A DNA stretch of 64,000 bases, from the NCBI GenBank assembly GCA_018828385.1, contig JAHJVE010000009.1:36910-100909 (forward strand), in the 5' to 3' direction. A program made the position numbers and the translations under genes. Shown one piece after another: positions 61,421 through 64,000 of this stretch. Numbering within the stretch: the first letter of the stretch is position 1; every line of letters starts with the position of its first letter. The notes under the pieces are model-generated. The model was not told the DNA's origin and made no database searches. It saw only the letters and a list, made by a program, of their open reading frames with translations. Source of the stretch: Gammaproteobacteria bacterium. Its GTDB lineage: Bacteria; Pseudomonadota; Gammaproteobacteria; Burkholderiales; Rhodocyclaceae.

Positions 61421-62022
61421 GGCTTGGGGAGCCGCCTTTTTGGTGATTTCCGGTTGAATTGGCTTGGGGTTCCGCCTTGCTGGCGGGCGTACTTTCTTTT
61501 GCTTCGCCAAAAGAAAGTAGCCAAAGAAAAGGCGACCCCTGGGTCGGTGCCGGCTGCGCCGGTTCCCTGCGCTACTCGGGACTGGCGGGGGCTGCGGAAC
61601 TCGGGCTTCGCCCTCAGACAGTCCTCGCCCCTTTTTCGCCAGACCCTGCGTTGCTCGGCACCTCCCAAGGGGCCCGGTAAGGCGTCCACGCTCGAGCAGC
61701 GGATTTCATTTTTGGGCATTTTTTCGGGTTGACCGTAGGAATGCCAATTCAGGGCGCTCGGGTTGCCCGTGGACGCCTTTCGGGTCCCCATGAGAGGCGC
61801 TGAGCAACGCAGGCGGGCCGGGGGCCTTCGGCGAGGACTGTTTGAGGGCGTAGCCCGAGTTCCGCAGCCGCCCGGACCGCCGAGTAGCGCAAGGAACCCG
61901 CAGGGCGCCGACCTTGGGGTCGCCTTCTTTTTGGCTACTTTTTCTTGGCGAAGCAAGAAAAAGTACGCCCGCCAGCAAGGCGGAACCCCAAGCCCATTAA
62001 CTGGAAATCGCCAAAAAGAAGC
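61421..62022. repeat. Large imperfect inverted repeat (~270-bp arms, ~87-bp spacer); MITE/REP-like
   Basis: 61461-61690 aligns with the reverse complement of 61778-61994 (31-bp identical stretch GGCTTGGGGTTCCGCCTTGCTGGCGGGCGTA); weaker homology outward. Confidence 0.85.
61702..61738 (+). repeat. Dispersed TTGACCGT motif (in loop of the large inverted repeat)
   Basis: GATTTCATTTTTGGGCATTTTTTCGGGTTGACCGTAG. Confidence 0.88.
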
Positions 62023-62113
62023 CCCCCAAGCCAATCAAAGCCCCTCCCCACCAAACCGACCAGCGTTAAACTCTCCCTTACCAAACAACCAAAAAATTAG
62101 ACCCATCCTGAAC

Positions 62114-63061
62114 ATGAACTTCATCCGTACTTTGACGCTCCGCCAGTTGCAGATTTTCGTCGTCGCTGCGCGGCATCTGAGCTACGCCCGCGCCGCCGAG
62201 GAACTGCACCTGACGCCGCCGGCCGTCTCGATGCAGCTCAAGCAGCTCGAAGACAACGTCGGCTTGCCGTTGTTCGAGCGTCTCGGGCGTGGGGTGGCGC
62301 TGACTGCGGCCGGCGAGTTGCTGGTTCATCACGCCTTGCGCGTGCTCGGCGAGATCAAGGATGCCGAGGCGAATCTGCTGGCCATGCTGGGGGCGGAAAC
62401 CGGGCAGTTGTCGGTCGGGCTGGTCAGCACCGCCAAATATTTCATGCCGCGCCTGCTCGCCCGGTTTGCCCAGTTGCATCCCGGCATCGAGGTGCAGTTT
62501 TCGGTGGGCAACCGCGAAAGCCTGCTCCAGAAGTTGCAGGACAACGCCATCGACCTCGCGGTCATGGGCCGCATTCCGACCGAGATCGATGCGCATGCCG
62601 AGCCGATGGCCAGCCATCCCTACGTGCTGATCGGGCCGGCCGACCATCCGTTGCGGGCGGCGCGCCGCTTCGATTTGCACGAGCTGCGCCAGGAGACTTT
62701 CCTGCTCCGCGAGGAGGGTTCCGGCTCGCGCCGGGTGGCCGAGGAGATGTTCAAGAATCACCTGTTCACGCCGCCGCGCACGATCAGCATGGGCAGCAAC
62801 GAGACGATCAAGCAGGCGGTGATGGCCGGCATGGGCATTGCGCTGATTTCGCTGCATACCTTGCCGCTCGAGCTGAAAACCGGCGAGGTCAGCGTGCTCG
62901 ACGCCATCGGCACGCCCATCGAGCGTACCTGGTACGTGGTGCACATGAACGCCAAGCGCCTGCTGCCGGCCGGCCAGCGTTTCCGCGAATTCCTGCTGGA
63001 CAACGCCGCGGCGGCGCTGGCGCAGGAGTTCGACGTCTATCTTCAGGCCACTGGAGGCTGA
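62114..63061 (+). CDS. cbbR: LysR-family regulator CbbR
   Basis: TLRQLQIF...AAEELHLTPPAVSMQLKQLE, STAKYF, REEGSGSR, SNETIKQAVMAGMG. Confidence 0.92.
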   Translation: MNFIRTLTLRQLQIFVVAARHLSYARAAEELHLTPPAVSMQLKQLEDNVGLPLFERLGRGVALTAAGELLVHHALRVLGEIKDAEANLLAMLGAETGQLSVGLVSTAKYFMPRLLARFAQLHPGIEVQFSVGNRESLLQKLQDNAIDLAVMGRIPTEIDAHAEPMASHPYVLIGPADHPLRAARRFDLHELRQETFLLREEGSGSRRVAEEMFKNHLFTPPRTISMGSNETIKQAVMAGMGIALISLHTLPLELKTGEVSVLDAIGTPIERTWYVVHMNAKRLLPAGQRFREFLLDNAAAALAQEFDVYLQATGG

Positions 63062-64000
63062 GCCGGGGGGCGGTTCACGAAGCGCAGTTCCTGCGGGTAG
63101 GGGAAGAAATCCTCGACGTGGCCGTCACGGATCTTGCGCTGGGCTTCCTGCCAGAAGTCGGTGCCGAGCAGGTCGCGGTGGTGTTTCAGGAAGACCTTGC
63201 GGACCAGCGGCGAGCCGAGCAGGAAGGTGGCGAATTCTTCGGGGAAGACGTCGCCGCGGGCCACCGGGTACCACACCTCGCCCGACATTTCCGTCTCGAA
63301 ATCCGGCGCCGGCGGGATCTTGCGGAAGTTGATGTCGGTCATGTAGTCGATTTCGTCGTAGTCGTAGAAAACGACGCGGCCGTAGCGCGTGACGCCGAAA
63401 TTCTTCCATAGCATGTCGCCCGGGAAGATGTTGGCCTGGGCCATTTCGCGGATGGCGCTGCCGTATTCGACGATGGCGTTTTCGAGGGCTTCGACGTTGT
63501 TGGCGCGCTCCATGCGGTCGAGGTGGATGTTGAGCGGTTCCATGCGGCGCTCGATGTAGAGGTGCTTGATGATGAGCTGGTCGCCATCGATCTCAAAGCA
63601 GGACGGGGCGAATTGGTGCAGTTCGGCCAGGACCTCGTCGGCGAAGCGCTTGAGCGGGAAGAGGACGTTGGAAAATTCCAGCGTATCGGCCATGCGGCCG
63701 ACGCGGTCGACCTGCTTGACCATGAGGAATTTCTGCTTGACCGTGGCATGGTCGGTCGTCTTCGAGGGGCCGAAAACGTCCTTGATGATCTTGAAGACGT
63801 AGGGGTAGGACGGCAGCGTGAAGACGAGCATGACCATGCCGCGGATGCCCGGCGCCATGATGAATTTGTCTTCCGAATGGTGCAGGTGGTAGATGAAATC
63901 GCGGAAAAACATGGTTTTGCCCTGCTTGCCGAGGCCGAGCATGATGTACAGCTCGGAGCGCGGCTTGGCGGGCAGGATGGAGCGCAGGAACTGGACGTAG
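63043..64000 (-). CDS. aceK: Isocitrate dehydrogenase kinase/phosphatase, C-terminal part
   Basis: APGIRGMVMLVFTLPSYPYVFKIIKD, DRVGRMADT, IFPGDML.KNFGVTRYGRVVFYDYDEI. Confidence 0.95.
   Translation of the reverse strand, partial: YVQFLRSILPAKPRSELYIMLGLGKQGKTMFFRDFIYHLHHSEDKFIMAPGIRGMVMLVFTLPSYPYVFKIIKDVFGPSKTTDHATVKQKFLMVKQVDRVGRMADTLEFSNVLFPLKRFADEVLAELHQFAPSCFEIDGDQLIIKHLYIERRMEPLNIHLDRMERANNVEALENAIVEYGSAIREMAQANIFPGDMLWKNFGVTRYGRVVFYDYDEIDYMTDINFRKIPPAPDFETEMSGEVWYPVARGDVFPEEFATFLLGSPLVRKVFLKHHRDLLGTDFWQEAQRKIRDGHVEDFFPYPQELRFVNRPPAQPPVA
63710..63746 (+). repeat. Dispersed TTGACCGT motif, degenerate (in aceK)
   Basis: GAGGAATTTCTGCTTGACCGTGG. Confidence 0.5.

Noticed and set aside
61763-62113. 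N-terminal extension of the cbbR ORF, and other ORFs within 61343-62034
   Set aside because: They translate the inverted-repeat element; the LysR HTH starts at ATG 62114.

Overview
A GC-rich betaproteobacterial chromosome segment; gene content and synteny suggest a Dechloromonas/Azonexaceae-like organism (inferred, not verified). The housekeeping backbone is pcnB, hda, tyrS, purM, miaA, mutL, purN, rsmB-like, rpmB/rpmG, radC, coaBC, dut, pntAB and aceK. Also present are an RND efflux pair, a NosP(FIST)-histidine kinase module, c-di-GMP genes, two PEP-CTERM proteins, ovoA, an RstA/RstB-like two-component system, a split Calvin-cycle cluster (cbbF-P-T-G-A, cbbY, form II RuBisCO cbbM, cbbR) and an atcJABC-like J-domain operon. 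No rRNA, tRNA or CRISPR array was recognised. Three non-coding structures stand out. (1) A dispersed ~37-bp motif (core TTGACCGTRG preceded by phased A/T tracts) occurs about 24 times, intergenically and inside essential genes, resembling a DNA-uptake signal sequence but with a strand bias. (2) A low-GC islet at 53.0-54.9 kb holds integron gene cassettes (one complete attC, one truncated) bracketed by GGGACAGACCACGG repeats with no integrase, and includes a HEPN-like gene. (3) A ~600-bp cruciform with compensatory stem changes lies between cbbM and cbbR. All counts and alignments were done by eye.
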